A DNA stretch of 62,098 bases from a virus (lineage: Duplodnaviria > Caudoviricetes), in the IMG/VR virus record IMGVR_UViG_3300046777_000588, positions 1-62,098 of that record, one strand, 5' to 3'. Both the position numbers and the translations under genes were made by a program. Position 1 is the stretch's first letter. Each line of letters begins with the position of its first letter. Below the pieces are notes generated by a model. The model did not search any database and was not told the origin of the DNA. It saw nothing but the letters and a program-made list of their open reading frames with translations. This document shows, one piece after another, positions 40,254 through 50,819 of this stretch.

Positions 40254-41069
40254 ATGGGAGGAGCAAAAGCAAACACAGGCGGAATCAAGAGGCCAGAGGA
40301 TGCGCCAATGTATCAAATTATTGCCGCCAAACAAGGCGTTGGTCAGCAATACTTGCAGAATCAAGCACAACTTCTCCAAATGTATTCGCAGATGCCTCCA
40401 GCAACTCAGGCATTTGATTCTGGTCAAGTATCAAAAGAGGCATCAGAACTTGGAATTGAAAATACAATTCGCTCTCGTGAATTTGAAAGGCTAACCGATC
40501 CTTCCGCTTCAAGGATGCGTGGAGAAATGGGCAGCCGTGTTGCTGAGTTGACAAGCATGGAGGCAACTCAACGCAGCATGGATGAGTTGGCTAAAAAGCA
40601 GGGCTTGACTTCTGGATATTCTTCTGGAGCCGCAGGAACAATTAGGGCATCTGGAATGTATGATGCTGGAACGGAAGCTGGGCGGCAAGCTAGATTGCGA
40701 AATCTTGCGCTTCAGCAGGGATACTTGGCTCAAACTCCCGCTCCCATTGGTGGACTTGATCCTGCTACTGCGATTGAAGCTGAAATGGCGGCGAAAGCAG
40801 CTAATTTTCAAGCAATGCAACAATTCCAGCAAAATGTAATTACTGGTGGGCAGAGGCTGCAACAATCCACATCAGACTTCATCAATCAGAATCTTGGTGA
40901 ATTGGCTCAGGCTAATCAGACTGCCGCGCAAAACAAGAGGGCGCATGAGGAGGCACTGTATAAAGCTGCTGTCCAAACTGCCGCATCACAAAATGCAATG
41001 AGTGGTCAAATGATTGGTGCTGGAGGTGCTGTGGCTGGAGCCGCGCTAGGTGCTGCAATTATGATTTAA
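40254..41069 (+). CDS. Putative internal virion/ejection protein B
   Basis: Shares FD...S..ELG and YLAQT.AP.GGL.P with 39318; hydrophobic C-terminus. Confidence 0.6.
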   Translation: MGGAKANTGGIKRPEDAPMYQIIAAKQGVGQQYLQNQAQLLQMYSQMPPATQAFDSGQVSKEASELGIENTIRSREFERLTDPSASRMRGEMGSRVAELTSMEATQRSMDELAKKQGLTSGYSSGAAGTIRASGMYDAGTEAGRQARLRNLALQQGYLAQTPAPIGGLDPATAIEAEMAAKAANFQAMQQFQQNVITGGQRLQQSTSDFINQNLGELAQANQTAAQNKRAHEEALYKAAVQTAASQNAMSGQMIGAGGAVAGAALGAAIMI

Positions 41070-41905
41070 TGAATAAAAACATAATAAATAAAACAATAAA
41101 TAGAATAAAAGAGTGGAACAAAAGATGGCCTAGAGCAGTTGTAATGTGGAGTGGAGGGAAAGACTCTACTGCATTACTTCATCTTATCCGATACGGAGCA
41201 GAAATTGAGATTCCTGTAATTCAGTATCGTCAGCCAAAATTCCGTGAGCGATATGCTTACTCTGATCAATTAATAAAGGAATGGGGATTGGAAGTATATG
41301 AATATCCTCCGATGAAGGTGTCATTGGCAGATGGCCCTGATGTCAATACTGGAGAGGTTCGCTTCGATATGCTGCATTACTTCCAATGGGGTCAGAATTG
41401 CGTTGTATTGTCTCTAGGAACAGAGAAGCCAAAGAATGGCGAGAAGTTTCTGTGTGGAGTTACGGACTTTTTACAACGACCTACTGGAACATTCAACTGG
41501 CCGTGGGGAGCAGTTTATATTGGAACAAAGTATGAAGATACTGACCTAATCAAAGGTCATGTTCCACTTGCTCAAGATATACGCATTGTTGATGGCGCGC
41601 CAGTGTCGCTATACCCAATGCGTGATTGGAGCGATGATGATATATTTGAGTATTTAGAGGAAAGCGGAGTTTCGGCTGATCCAACTCGATATGTTAAAGA
41701 AAATGGGAAATGGAAGAACAATCCAGACAAGTCACTCAATGCTGACTTCTACCCTACTTGTTTTAATTGCGTTAATCGCCATTTAGGTCGCCATGTTCAT
41801 TGTCCAAAACTAGACGCTACTATCACGAATATAAGCGAAATAGTTCCATACGAGGACATCGTTATTGATGATCTTGGATTCCGCCCTGTGGAATGGAAGA
41901 AGTAA
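41069..41905 (+). CDS. PAPS reductase-family (PP-loop) protein
   Basis: WSGGKDS PP-loop, P..DWSDDDIF.Y, C-terminal CFNC...C. Confidence 0.85.
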   Translation: MNKNIINKTINRIKEWNKRWPRAVVMWSGGKDSTALLHLIRYGAEIEIPVIQYRQPKFRERYAYSDQLIKEWGLEVYEYPPMKVSLADGPDVNTGEVRFDMLHYFQWGQNCVVLSLGTEKPKNGEKFLCGVTDFLQRPTGTFNWPWGAVYIGTKYEDTDLIKGHVPLAQDIRIVDGAPVSLYPMRDWSDDDIFEYLEESGVSADPTRYVKENGKWKNNPDKSLNADFYPTCFNCVNRHLGRHVHCPKLDATITNISEIVPYEDIVIDDLGFRPVEWKK

Positions 41906-42189
41906 CAAGTGAAGACTGTATTTCTTGCGGTGCTTGCTGTGCTTACAAATGGTCTTGGCCGATTTTTAAGCGTGACAGATCGGATGCAGAAAAGATACCG
42001 AAAGAAATGCAACGAGGAGACTATCCTTTGATGAAGACAGAAAACAACCGATGCGTAGCCCTGCAAGGTGTTGTAGGAAATTGCGTATCATGCTCAATTT
42101 ATTTTGACAGACCAGACGCTTGTAGGCATTTTAAGCCGAATGGCGAACTCTGCCTTGAAGCAAGAAGCAAACTAAATATTAAAAATTAA
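41893..42189 (+). CDS. YkgJ/FliB-family CxxCxxCC cysteine-cluster protein
   Basis: CISCGACC...C.AL...CSIY..RP..CR.F. Confidence 0.88.
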   Translation: MEEVTSEDCISCGACCAYKWSWPIFKRDRSDAEKIPKEMQRGDYPLMKTENNRCVALQGVVGNCVSCSIYFDRPDACRHFKPNGELCLEARSKLNIKN

Positions 42190-42202
42190 AATACTGAATA
42201 AT

Positions 42203-42703
42203 ATGGGAGGAAAGAAACCATCAAAATCTAAACCTGAGCAACCCAAGCCCGATCCAATGATTCCCTTGATGGCTCAAATGCAAACTCAACAAAAAGAGCA
42301 AGCAGCCGCTGCCGCTGAAGCTCAACGACAAGCATTGACTCAACAACAAGCTCTCGCTGGACAACAAGCAGAACAAATGGGTGAGACTGCCGCTAAACAA
42401 CAACTCGCTCAAATGGGTTCTATGCAATCTATCCGTGATGCCAATGCACTTGCCGCCGCTCAACAAGCTCAAGCAACCGCTGGACAACAAGCAACTGGTG
42501 GTGGGTTTGATCTTGGCCGCGCTCGTGAAGAGTCCTTGGCTAATATGGGAGCAGTTGGAAGTGCTATTCCTCCTACCCCTGTTAATATTGCCGCTAATCC
42601 AGCATTGAGTGGCATGGCTAATCAAGGAGCTTATGGGACATCCAGACGCGCAAATATGTTTTCGCTTCCCTCATCTAGTGATTTGAGGTTTGGAGGAGCT
42701 TAA
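42203..42703 (+). CDS. Putative internal virion protein (MGG start)
   Basis: Q/A-rich. Confidence 0.6.
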   Translation: MGGKKPSKSKPEQPKPDPMIPLMAQMQTQQKEQAAAAAEAQRQALTQQQALAGQQAEQMGETAAKQQLAQMGSMQSIRDANALAAAQQAQATAGQQATGGGFDLGRAREESLANMGAVGSAIPPTPVNIAANPALSGMANQGAYGTSRRANMFSLPSSSDLRFGGA

Positions 42704-42705
42704 AA

Positions 42706-44421
42706 ATGGCTGAATATTCCTTCTCTCCTCAATTTGCTAACCTAGCTGGTTTGCAACCGCTGCCAGCAATTGATTTGACTCGCGGCGGAGCATTGCAGTT
42801 CCAGCCACTCCAAGCTATCCAAGTTCAGCCCTCTCGACCAGAGCTTGTCGCTGAAGGTATCGCTAGTGCTGTTTCTAGTATCGCTAAAGGTGCGTTGGGT
42901 GGGATTACTGCTAGGTATGAGAAGAAGGAAGAGGAAGCTAAGGAGAAGCGCAAGTATGCACATGAGATTGCGATTGCTGGCATTAGGGCAAAAGAACTTG
43001 ATCCATATCTTGAAGCATTAAAAACCCGCAAACTTGTAGCAGAAACCGAGTCTGCTGAAAACAGGTTAAATGCTGTTCTTCCACCTCTACCATCTGGTGC
43101 AAAAAGGAGGATTCCAATGGTTGATGATGAACCTCTTCCAGAAAAGGGTGAAGACACATCAGGTGAAATTAATTTTTCTTTAACACCATCAGAGGCTGAA
43201 TTAATTGAACCTCCAACAACAAGCAGCATAACTCCTGATTATGCAAAGGGAATAGCTGAAAATGTATCAAGGGATGTAGGATATTTGAGTGGATTGCCAG
43301 CATCTGAATTAACTGCATCTACTGGTGCTGGGCCAATTTCTAAAATGCCAGAAGTTGAACCACCATCAATGACTCTTGGTAAGGTTACTTCCAGTCTTGT
43401 ATCTCCTAAACAAGAAGAAGAAATAAAGGCTTCCTTTGAAAAATATGGAGTTACTCCTGCTGCTTTAGAGAAGCCAGAGCCTAAACGATTACTTTCGCTA
43501 GAAAAAGCAGAGCCTAAGAAAGAAGAAAAAGTAAAGCCCCCTCGTGCTGGCGACTTTGACACAGAGGCACAAGCTCAAGCTGAAGCGTATCGAGATATTC
43601 CCGGCTTCAAGCCCGGAACATACACTGCTGAAATTGATGAAAATGGGCAACCATTCTTCCGTGTTCCTCCTCGTGAAAAAATGACACCCGCTGAAATTTC
43701 TGCTGAACAAAAAAAGACTGAAGCGGGAGCGGACTTTGATACTGAAAAGAAATTGCGTGATGAATATATCGGTCAAACAAAAGACTTTAAAGTAATCCAA
43801 AGTGCATGGAGAAGCATAAAAACATCTGGCATGGAACCATCTGCCGCTGGCGATATGTCATTGATTTTTGGATACATGAAACTCCTTGATCCAGCGTCAA
43901 CAGTAAGGGAAGGAGAGTATGCAAATGCTCAAAATGCTGGAGGAGTTCCAGATAGAGTTATTGCTTCATATAACAAAATTGTAAGCGGACAGATATTGTC
44001 TGAATCGCAAAGAAAAGACTTCTTAAATCAAGCTAAAAAACAATATGATTCAAGACTTGGAGAATATGAAGGTCTTAAAAAATCATATTCTGATTTGGCA
44101 AAACAATACAAACTTGATCCAGAAAGAGTTGTTGTAAAATTTGATATTCCAGAAGTTAAAGCTGAAGAAGGAAAGTTTGATGAAATTGGAAGTTTGTCAA
44201 TGCAACTTGAGCAATTTCCTTTAGAGCAAAGAAATTCTGCTGAATTCCTTGCTTTGCGTAAAAAATTATACAATCTTGTTCGTGAAGAACAATTGCAGAA
44301 AAAAGGAACTCCAAAACCAGCACCGCAAGCCACTCCACCACCTGCTCCTCAATTCCCACTTGCGACTCCTAGAACTACAGAAACCACCGAATCACTTGAA
44401 TCCTTTCTTGGAAGCAAATAA
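42706..44421 (+). CDS. Putative ejection protein
   Basis: GDMSLIF.YMK.LDP.STVREGE motif typical of phage injection proteins. Confidence 0.6.
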   Translation: MAEYSFSPQFANLAGLQPLPAIDLTRGGALQFQPLQAIQVQPSRPELVAEGIASAVSSIAKGALGGITARYEKKEEEAKEKRKYAHEIAIAGIRAKELDPYLEALKTRKLVAETESAENRLNAVLPPLPSGAKRRIPMVDDEPLPEKGEDTSGEINFSLTPSEAELIEPPTTSSITPDYAKGIAENVSRDVGYLSGLPASELTASTGAGPISKMPEVEPPSMTLGKVTSSLVSPKQEEEIKASFEKYGVTPAALEKPEPKRLLSLEKAEPKKEEKVKPPRAGDFDTEAQAQAEAYRDIPGFKPGTYTAEIDENGQPFFRVPPREKMTPAEISAEQKKTEAGADFDTEKKLRDEYIGQTKDFKVIQSAWRSIKTSGMEPSAAGDMSLIFGYMKLLDPASTVREGEYANAQNAGGVPDRVIASYNKIVSGQILSESQRKDFLNQAKKQYDSRLGEYEGLKKSYSDLAKQYKLDPERVVVKFDIPEVKAEEGKFDEIGSLSMQLEQFPLEQRNSAEFLALRKKLYNLVREEQLQKKGTPKPAPQATPPPAPQFPLATPRTTETTESLESFLGSK

Positions 44422-44423
44422 AG

Positions 44424-47400
44424 ATGGCAAGCATTCTTGATGAAATTAGGTCAGAGGTTGAATCTGAGCTATCTGCACAACCAGAAGAAAAGCCGAAAAG
44501 CATTCTTGATGAAGTTAAGCAAGAAGTATCTGCTGAACTAGCTCCGCAAGAACCTAAAACAGATTTCTTCAAGACAGCACAGCAGTCTTTAGAAGAAAAG
44601 CCTCCCACTACAATATCTGGAGGAGATGTTTTTCTTAATGCTATTTCTCACAAACGATCAAACGAACTTGATGACGAAGATAAAGGTTTGTTCAACGCAT
44701 TAAGCGATGATGAGCAGTATAAGGTAGCTCAAGCTCGAAAAGATATTCCGCTTGATGATGCACAGGCTAGAAAGATATTTGAGATTGAAAAATCTAAAAT
44801 GCCATCCATTCCAACATCGTGGGAAGATTGGTATAATCTCGGTGGAGATGCTGTTGATGTCGTAAAGAATGTAGCTAAAATACCAATCAAAGTTGGCCTT
44901 GGAGCAGGTGAATTAGCTCGTGATGTTATCAACGCTACAGACATGACTGTTAGCGATGAGCAAGCATTAAAAAATCTTCAGAAAGCCAAAGGATCGGTAT
45001 ATTCCTTCATGGCTCCAGTATTTGAGCTTCCAGAAAGCGTTACTTGGGCAGCTACAAAAGCAAAAGAAGGTGGTTTCTCATGGGCTGATGCTCTCGGCGA
45101 GAAATCTGGCCTTGTTGATCCAGAGGATCGTTTTGAGCGTTGGAAAGGTAGGCGGCTTGTTGATCAAGCTCACGCAGAGTATTTCAGGGAACATCCCACT
45201 GTTTACGGAAGGATGCTTGATAATCCTCTTACTAAAGACGCTCTTGCTTTCATCGCTAAATCAGAAATGGAATCGCCAAAAGAATTGTCGGCAAGAACTG
45301 GTATTAGTGTTGAAGAAGCCAAAAAACAACAAGATGATCTTGTAAAAAAAGGCATTGAAGATTTGACATCCCAAATGGAATCGGAGCTTCCAGAGGAGCA
45401 AGCTGGGCCTAGAATCGCAGGCGAGTTCCTCTTGCCGGGAGAGCTTGGCATGGGAACAATGGGTGCGGTTAGCTTGGTTGCCAAGGTAACTCCAGAAATT
45501 GCCAAAGGATTAAAATATATCGGCAAAACGGACGATGAAATAGCTGAAATAAATAAAGCTGCTCAAGTTCTGGAAAAGCAAAAGTTTGAAAAGATTCTTG
45601 AGCAAAGGACGGCAAGAGCCGAATCCGTTGCAAGGGGGGCGGAAAAACTTGAAGAAGCAGTTCAGAAATTCAAGCCGATTGCTGAAAAAGCAACTGGAAC
45701 ATTAAGCAAAATTGCCGCTCCTGTTATTGGTGGCGTGGCTGGCTATGAAGCAGCTCCAGAGAGTCCGTTGGCTGGACTTTTGACAGGCGCATTAGGTGGT
45801 GCTGCCGCAAGGTCTGTGTTGAAAGGAACGAAGCTCGGACTTGAGATTCCAACACTGGTAAAAGAAGTTGCAGAGGCGAGGAAAGTGGCTCCTCTAGGAA
45901 AGACATTTGAAACTCTTGGAAGGTCTGCCGAAGGGTCTGCATTGAAGGCTAAACTATTGTCTCATGGCGGCAAGACCATTGATAACATTCTTTCAAATGC
46001 TTCGGAATACGCTAAAGCAGGAATCCATGGAACTACGCTTGCTCTTACTACGGGAGCTTTAGAGTCTGCTGATCCAGAAGAAATGAAGCAGATTCTTTCT
46101 GATGGTCTTGCAATTAGCCTTGGAGGAAGGGCATTGCAACACATCAAGGGTAAATTCATGGGTATTGATCCCGTGATTGCCCAGCGTGAACGAATCTCTG
46201 ATGATTCTCGTATTCATCGTAGGTTCCAAGAGTCTGACGCAGATACGCAAGCCAACCTAAATCAAATATCAGATTTCAATAATGCTATTTTGTTTAGAGA
46301 TAAAAAATTGTCAGAATCACAAGCGGTGTTGGCTAGTGCTATTACTTCAAATGATTCTGCAAGAATAAAAGAAGCGCAATCATTGGTTGATGCAAATACA
46401 AAGGCACTATCGCTTACTAAACGAGCAAATGTTCAAACTCGTAACGAATTTGGTCGTCAATTTCTTAAAACATACGCTGACTTGCAAGACATAACCAATG
46501 GTGTTTTGAGGACTGGTCAGAATAATGTTGGATTCAACATCCTATCCACGGATCAGATTTATCAAAAACTTCGCAACGACCCAGCAAACAAAGATGTTCC
46601 AGATGCCGATTTGGCGCAAATGGCAAGCCAAGCTGGATTTTACTCTAACCCCGCACAGGAGGGGGTTGTATTTGATCGCAGGAAACCATCGATTGTTCTT
46701 AATGCTGATTCCATTCGGGAGAGGATTCGCACATTTGGTGAATCTCCACAAGAAGCATTGGTTCACGAGTCCAGCCACTTTATGGATGCTGTTCCAGAGT
46801 TTCAAGATGCTCTTGGAGATGTCCGTTCAATGTTGTTCCAGAATGAAATTCGTGATGCTGCTGGAAACATAAAGGCAACGACTCCCGGTGTCTTTTCAAA
46901 AGCAAAATTGGTCGAGCTTTTCAACGATGGATACCTTCGCCACTTAGACCCACAAGGCAAAGAATCTTTCGCAAAGCTAAACAAACTTTGGGATGAATCC
47001 CGTGGTCAGTTAGACGAGAACAGGGTGTCTGAATACATGAAAAGAGAGGTTATGGCTGACCTCCTTGGCGAAGTTACTAGCAGGCATCTTGGAAAAGATT
47101 TAAGCTCTGCAACGCTTGCCATGTTTGATCGTGCAAAGATCAAAGCAAGGAAGAACCTGCTTGATCGCGCCATCAATCGTTTCTACGGATTCGGTGGTCG
47201 TGGAGACATTGTAGCAGCGGCAAATACTAGAGCAGAGTTCCCACCAGAAGCGATGGCAGCGGCTCGTGATGCGATGCGCCAGATCGTTGCTTTGAATGGT
47301 GAAATTTCTCCTCCTGTTGCAGAAGCTCAAATGCCTAAAATCAGCAGGGCGCAGATGATGAAAAACTCTGCGTTGCTTGATCGCTTTGGCAAAGATTCTC

Positions 47401-50400
47401 CTCTATTCAAGACTGAATTTAAGGTAAAAGTATTTGATAAAGATGGAAACCAGATTGGTGATTCAATGCCAGTCACAACACCAAATCCACGGGAAGGAAC
47501 ATTCCAAAGCTCGGAAGGTGGATTTAAAAAACTATCTGGATACGGAGACATCCCTGTTGAGGCGCAAGGATTGCAAGTTCCCGAAGGTGGAACGCTTGTT
47601 GTCTCACGCGATTTAGTCATGCAACCAGACGGGGTAACACCTGTCATGTATGACGCGAAAGACGCAAAGAAGATTGCCTCAGAAAGACGCAAGCTGATTG
47701 TTGAAGCATTGGATACCGATGACTACGGAACTCCAAATCGTTTTGAACAAGTTTCGGAAGGATCAGAAACATATCGAGGCACATTCACTCCAGCGCAAAT
47801 CAAAGCCATTCAAGATATGCCAGAGAGCCTTATTCCAAAGACTCTCAAACAGCATATGCTCAAGGTGAATGATGCTATCGCTCGCGGAGATGGCACTAGG
47901 TTCATTACGGACTACGCAGCGGTGATGAATGACAATGGCACATACCAAGCATTCTCACCTAAAATTTATGACTTGGTTCCAATCGGAATGCACCTGTCAA
48001 AAGCTGGCAATTTCCTTGTCACCACAATTTCGGTTGGACGCATCTTTGATAAAATGCGCTTGTGGAACGAGCGTATGCCGGGACGCTTGCGTTTTTGGGA
48101 CAATAATCTTGAGCGCACATTTGATGATTTTACAAAGTATTTGAATAATTGGCAGCAAGGAAAGCCCGGCGAGACTGGTCTTGATGCTAATCCACAAATT
48201 GCTTTGCAAAAGAAGAACATCTTTAACGATCTTCTTAACCTTTACGATAAAGCTACAGAGTATACGAATCTTGATAGGACTGTAATCCCTCGCAAAAAAG
48301 GTGATCCTCGTGGGAAAGACCCTAATCGCACAATCATGTCAATTCGCGTGGATCATATTGCAGAAATGCTTGAAAATCCTAATGCGACGAAGTTGCCAGT
48401 AAGCTACGGGTTTGCAAAGCAAAACTTCATGCCAGAACGCATGGAAGGTGAAGTTGTAGTAGAAACCAAATATCCGATTGAAGAAAAAGGAAAATGGTAT
48501 TCTAACGAAGACTATGCAAAGCGTGGCGGGAAAATTGTAAAAATGTCACCAGACGAGTTTTTATCTCAAGTAAGACCACTTGAAATTGACGAAGCATCTC
48601 GTGATAACATTGATGATCTAAAAAACATGATGCAAGAAGGGCGCAAGCTTGACCCTCTTGCAATTTATCAAGACGGAAAAGAGGATGGGAGACATCGTGC
48701 AATTGCAGCAAAAGAACTTGGAATAACTGAAATTCCTGTAATTGATTTTAGGCAAGAAAAACCAACTGAACAAGAAAGAATCGTTGCCGCGACATACACC
48801 GATCCTCGCACTGGCGAAGTTCGTGAAGGCGTAAATCACAAGGCAGCAAATCCAAATGCTCCTGATGAGCAGACTGATCGTGAATCGCGTTACTATGGCT
48901 TTAAAACTGACACAGGGCGTGTTGTAGATCGTGAGGAGGCATATCGTATTGCCGAGGAATCTGGACAGCTTAAGGAGGCAACCAGCGAGGAAGACAGGTT
49001 CAATGCTGATAGAGGCGTGCTACACAGCAACATGGTTGAGATGGGTGATAAATTAAAAACAATTTACCATGGGACAACGGAAGACGCCGTAAATGCAATT
49101 GAAAAAGGCGGATTTGATGTATCTAAATCAGCAGACGGAACTATTTGGTTTACCAGCAATAAAGATAAAATAATTGGGGGTGAAGTCGCTGCGAGTGGAA
49201 AAGGTGGGATAATTGAACGCCAAATTGACGAAAGTAAACTAAAACTTGGGAGTTGGGAAGAAAGCGATAAATACTCAACAGACGAACTTATTCAAAAAGG
49301 TTACGATGGGTTAAAACTTGATGATGGAGACGAAATTACATATCAAATTTTTTATCCAGAAAAACTTTCTAAAATAATTGAACCTACTATCTCGGAAAAA
49401 CCGCAAAGTTCCGAAATGATAGGTGGAATGCAGTTCATGCCAGAGCGTCCGATTGGAAGAACTGAACAACTTCCAGATTTTGAAAAAACAATTATTAAAG
49501 GTGTTACTCCAATAAATAAGTTTAATTGGGAAAAAGCTACAAATGTTGAGTTTGATATTGGAAATGGTAGAAAAATGTCGTTTTCATACGATCCTAAATA
49601 TCTTGAAAAGCCAGTATTCAAAGATTTGATAAAAGAACTAAAGGGTCAACCAGTAATTCTTCTTGAAGCAGATCGTCAAAGAGCAACTGGAGGAGATATG
49701 GGTGGCCCATTGCACCCATTCCTAAAGTCAAATCAAGTCACAATTACTGGACCTGATGGAAAAGAATACAAAGCGGTTTGGGCTAACATGACATCCACTT
49801 TTGTTTCTGGAGCTAAAAACAGGTTGGCCTCTCATGGCGCAAAATACGCTTTGGTTCATTTAATGGATTCACTCGCGCATAAATCAAACAAGAGAACTGC
49901 AAGAACTCTTGATAAGATGATGAGAGATTCAAATCTCAATCAAAGAGAAAAGGAAATTATTTCTTTGTCTATGCAAGCTGGCATTATTGCAGGTGAAAAG
50001 TCAGCAATGAATGCAGCAGTAACTGCTTTAAAACGCCAAATAAATGCTGCTAAAGGTGATAAAAATAAAATAAAATTAATAAATGATAAAATAAGTAAAA
50101 TTAATAAAGAAAGAGAAAATATTACTCCAAAAGGGATTTATGGTGAAATATTTGATGCAATTTCTAAAATTAAAACTGCTCATAGTAATGTTAAAACTGG
50201 AAATTGGGGGCAGGATAGCATTGAAAAAGCAAATAAAAAATTAGAACAATATATTAAATCAAAACAATATAAAGAATTATTAAGCAAAAATAAATCTTTG
50301 TATATTTCTGATAATATTGGAAATACATTTTCTGATAGAGGGTCAGCAATTGGAAGCATTTTGTCATTCAAATTTAATAAATTTGATCCAAGTCTTGTTA

Positions 50401-50819
50401 TGCGCGAATCTTCTGATTTTAAAGAAGGCGAAAATCTTGACATTATAACTGCGGTTGAACTATCTCAAAACCCAGAAATTTTTGCTTTATATTTTGGGAA
50501 TGATCCAAAAGAGGAAGCTGCAATGTCTCCAGCAGAACGAAAAGCAAGAGACGAGATGAGGGCAAATCCAGATTTTGTAGAGCATGAATCCTACGACTGG
50601 GTAATGCTTGGACCAAAAAACGGAAACAATTTTTTGGTTCAAAATCCAGTAAAACCAGAAGAAGTATTCAAGAAATACAGAGAAACGCACGCTGGTAAAA
50701 CAGTGGTTGATGGTTCTGCTGAAACAGTAGCAGGCGCAATGCGAAAAAATGCTGGATTTATCTTGCGTGTTGGCGAAAATACTGAAAAATTATCTTTGCC
50801 AAAAAATAAAAATAAATAA
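44424..50819 (+). CDS. Large polyvalent internal virion protein (zincin HExxH, ParB-like and ADP-ribosyltransferase-like domains)
   Basis: LVHESSH; DG.EDGRHRA.AA..LG; IYHGT...IWFT...GYDG...YQIF. Confidence 0.7.
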   Translation: MASILDEIRSEVESELSAQPEEKPKSILDEVKQEVSAELAPQEPKTDFFKTAQQSLEEKPPTTISGGDVFLNAISHKRSNELDDEDKGLFNALSDDEQYKVAQARKDIPLDDAQARKIFEIEKSKMPSIPTSWEDWYNLGGDAVDVVKNVAKIPIKVGLGAGELARDVINATDMTVSDEQALKNLQKAKGSVYSFMAPVFELPESVTWAATKAKEGGFSWADALGEKSGLVDPEDRFERWKGRRLVDQAHAEYFREHPTVYGRMLDNPLTKDALAFIAKSEMESPKELSARTGISVEEAKKQQDDLVKKGIEDLTSQMESELPEEQAGPRIAGEFLLPGELGMGTMGAVSLVAKVTPEIAKGLKYIGKTDDEIAEINKAAQVLEKQKFEKILEQRTARAESVARGAEKLEEAVQKFKPIAEKATGTLSKIAAPVIGGVAGYEAAPESPLAGLLTGALGGAAARSVLKGTKLGLEIPTLVKEVAEARKVAPLGKTFETLGRSAEGSALKAKLLSHGGKTIDNILSNASEYAKAGIHGTTLALTTGALESADPEEMKQILSDGLAISLGGRALQHIKGKFMGIDPVIAQRERISDDSRIHRRFQESDADTQANLNQISDFNNAILFRDKKLSESQAVLASAITSNDSARIKEAQSLVDANTKALSLTKRANVQTRNEFGRQFLKTYADLQDITNGVLRTGQNNVGFNILSTDQIYQKLRNDPANKDVPDADLAQMASQAGFYSNPAQEGVVFDRRKPSIVLNADSIRERIRTFGESPQEALVHESSHFMDAVPEFQDALGDVRSMLFQNEIRDAAGNIKATTPGVFSKAKLVELFNDGYLRHLDPQGKESFAKLNKLWDESRGQLDENRVSEYMKREVMADLLGEVTSRHLGKDLSSATLAMFDRAKIKARKNLLDRAINRFYGFGGRGDIVAAANTRAEFPPEAMAAARDAMRQIVALNGEISPPVAEAQMPKISRAQMMKNSALLDRFGKDSPLFKTEFKVKVFDKDGNQIGDSMPVTTPNPREGTFQSSEGGFKKLSGYGDIPVEAQGLQVPEGGTLVVSRDLVMQPDGVTPVMYDAKDAKKIASERRKLIVEALDTDDYGTPNRFEQVSEGSETYRGTFTPAQIKAIQDMPESLIPKTLKQHMLKVNDAIARGDGTRFITDYAAVMNDNGTYQAFSPKIYDLVPIGMHLSKAGNFLVTTISVGRIFDKMRLWNERMPGRLRFWDNNLERTFDDFTKYLNNWQQGKPGETGLDANPQIALQKKNIFNDLLNLYDKATEYTNLDRTVIPRKKGDPRGKDPNRTIMSIRVDHIAEMLENPNATKLPVSYGFAKQNFMPERMEGEVVVETKYPIEEKGKWYSNEDYAKRGGKIVKMSPDEFLSQVRPLEIDEASRDNIDDLKNMMQEGRKLDPLAIYQDGKEDGRHRAIAAKELGITEIPVIDFRQEKPTEQERIVAATYTDPRTGEVREGVNHKAANPNAPDEQTDRESRYYGFKTDTGRVVDREEAYRIAEESGQLKEATSEEDRFNADRGVLHSNMVEMGDKLKTIYHGTTEDAVNAIEKGGFDVSKSADGTIWFTSNKDKIIGGEVAASGKGGIIERQIDESKLKLGSWEESDKYSTDELIQKGYDGLKLDDGDEITYQIFYPEKLSKIIEPTISEKPQSSEMIGGMQFMPERPIGRTEQLPDFEKTIIKGVTPINKFNWEKATNVEFDIGNGRKMSFSYDPKYLEKPVFKDLIKELKGQPVILLEADRQRATGGDMGGPLHPFLKSNQVTITGPDGKEYKAVWANMTSTFVSGAKNRLASHGAKYALVHLMDSLAHKSNKRTARTLDKMMRDSNLNQREKEIISLSMQAGIIAGEKSAMNAAVTALKRQINAAKGDKNKIKLINDKISKINKERENITPKGIYGEIFDAISKIKTAHSNVKTGNWGQDSIEKANKKLEQYIKSKQYKELLSKNKSLYISDNIGNTFSDRGSAIGSILSFKFNKFDPSLVMRESSDFKEGENLDIITAVELSQNPEIFALYFGNDPKEEAAMSPAERKARDEMRANPDFVEHESYDWVMLGPKNGNNFLVQNPVKPEEVFKKYRETHAGKTVVDGSAETVAGAMRKNAGFILRVGENTEKLSLPKNKNK

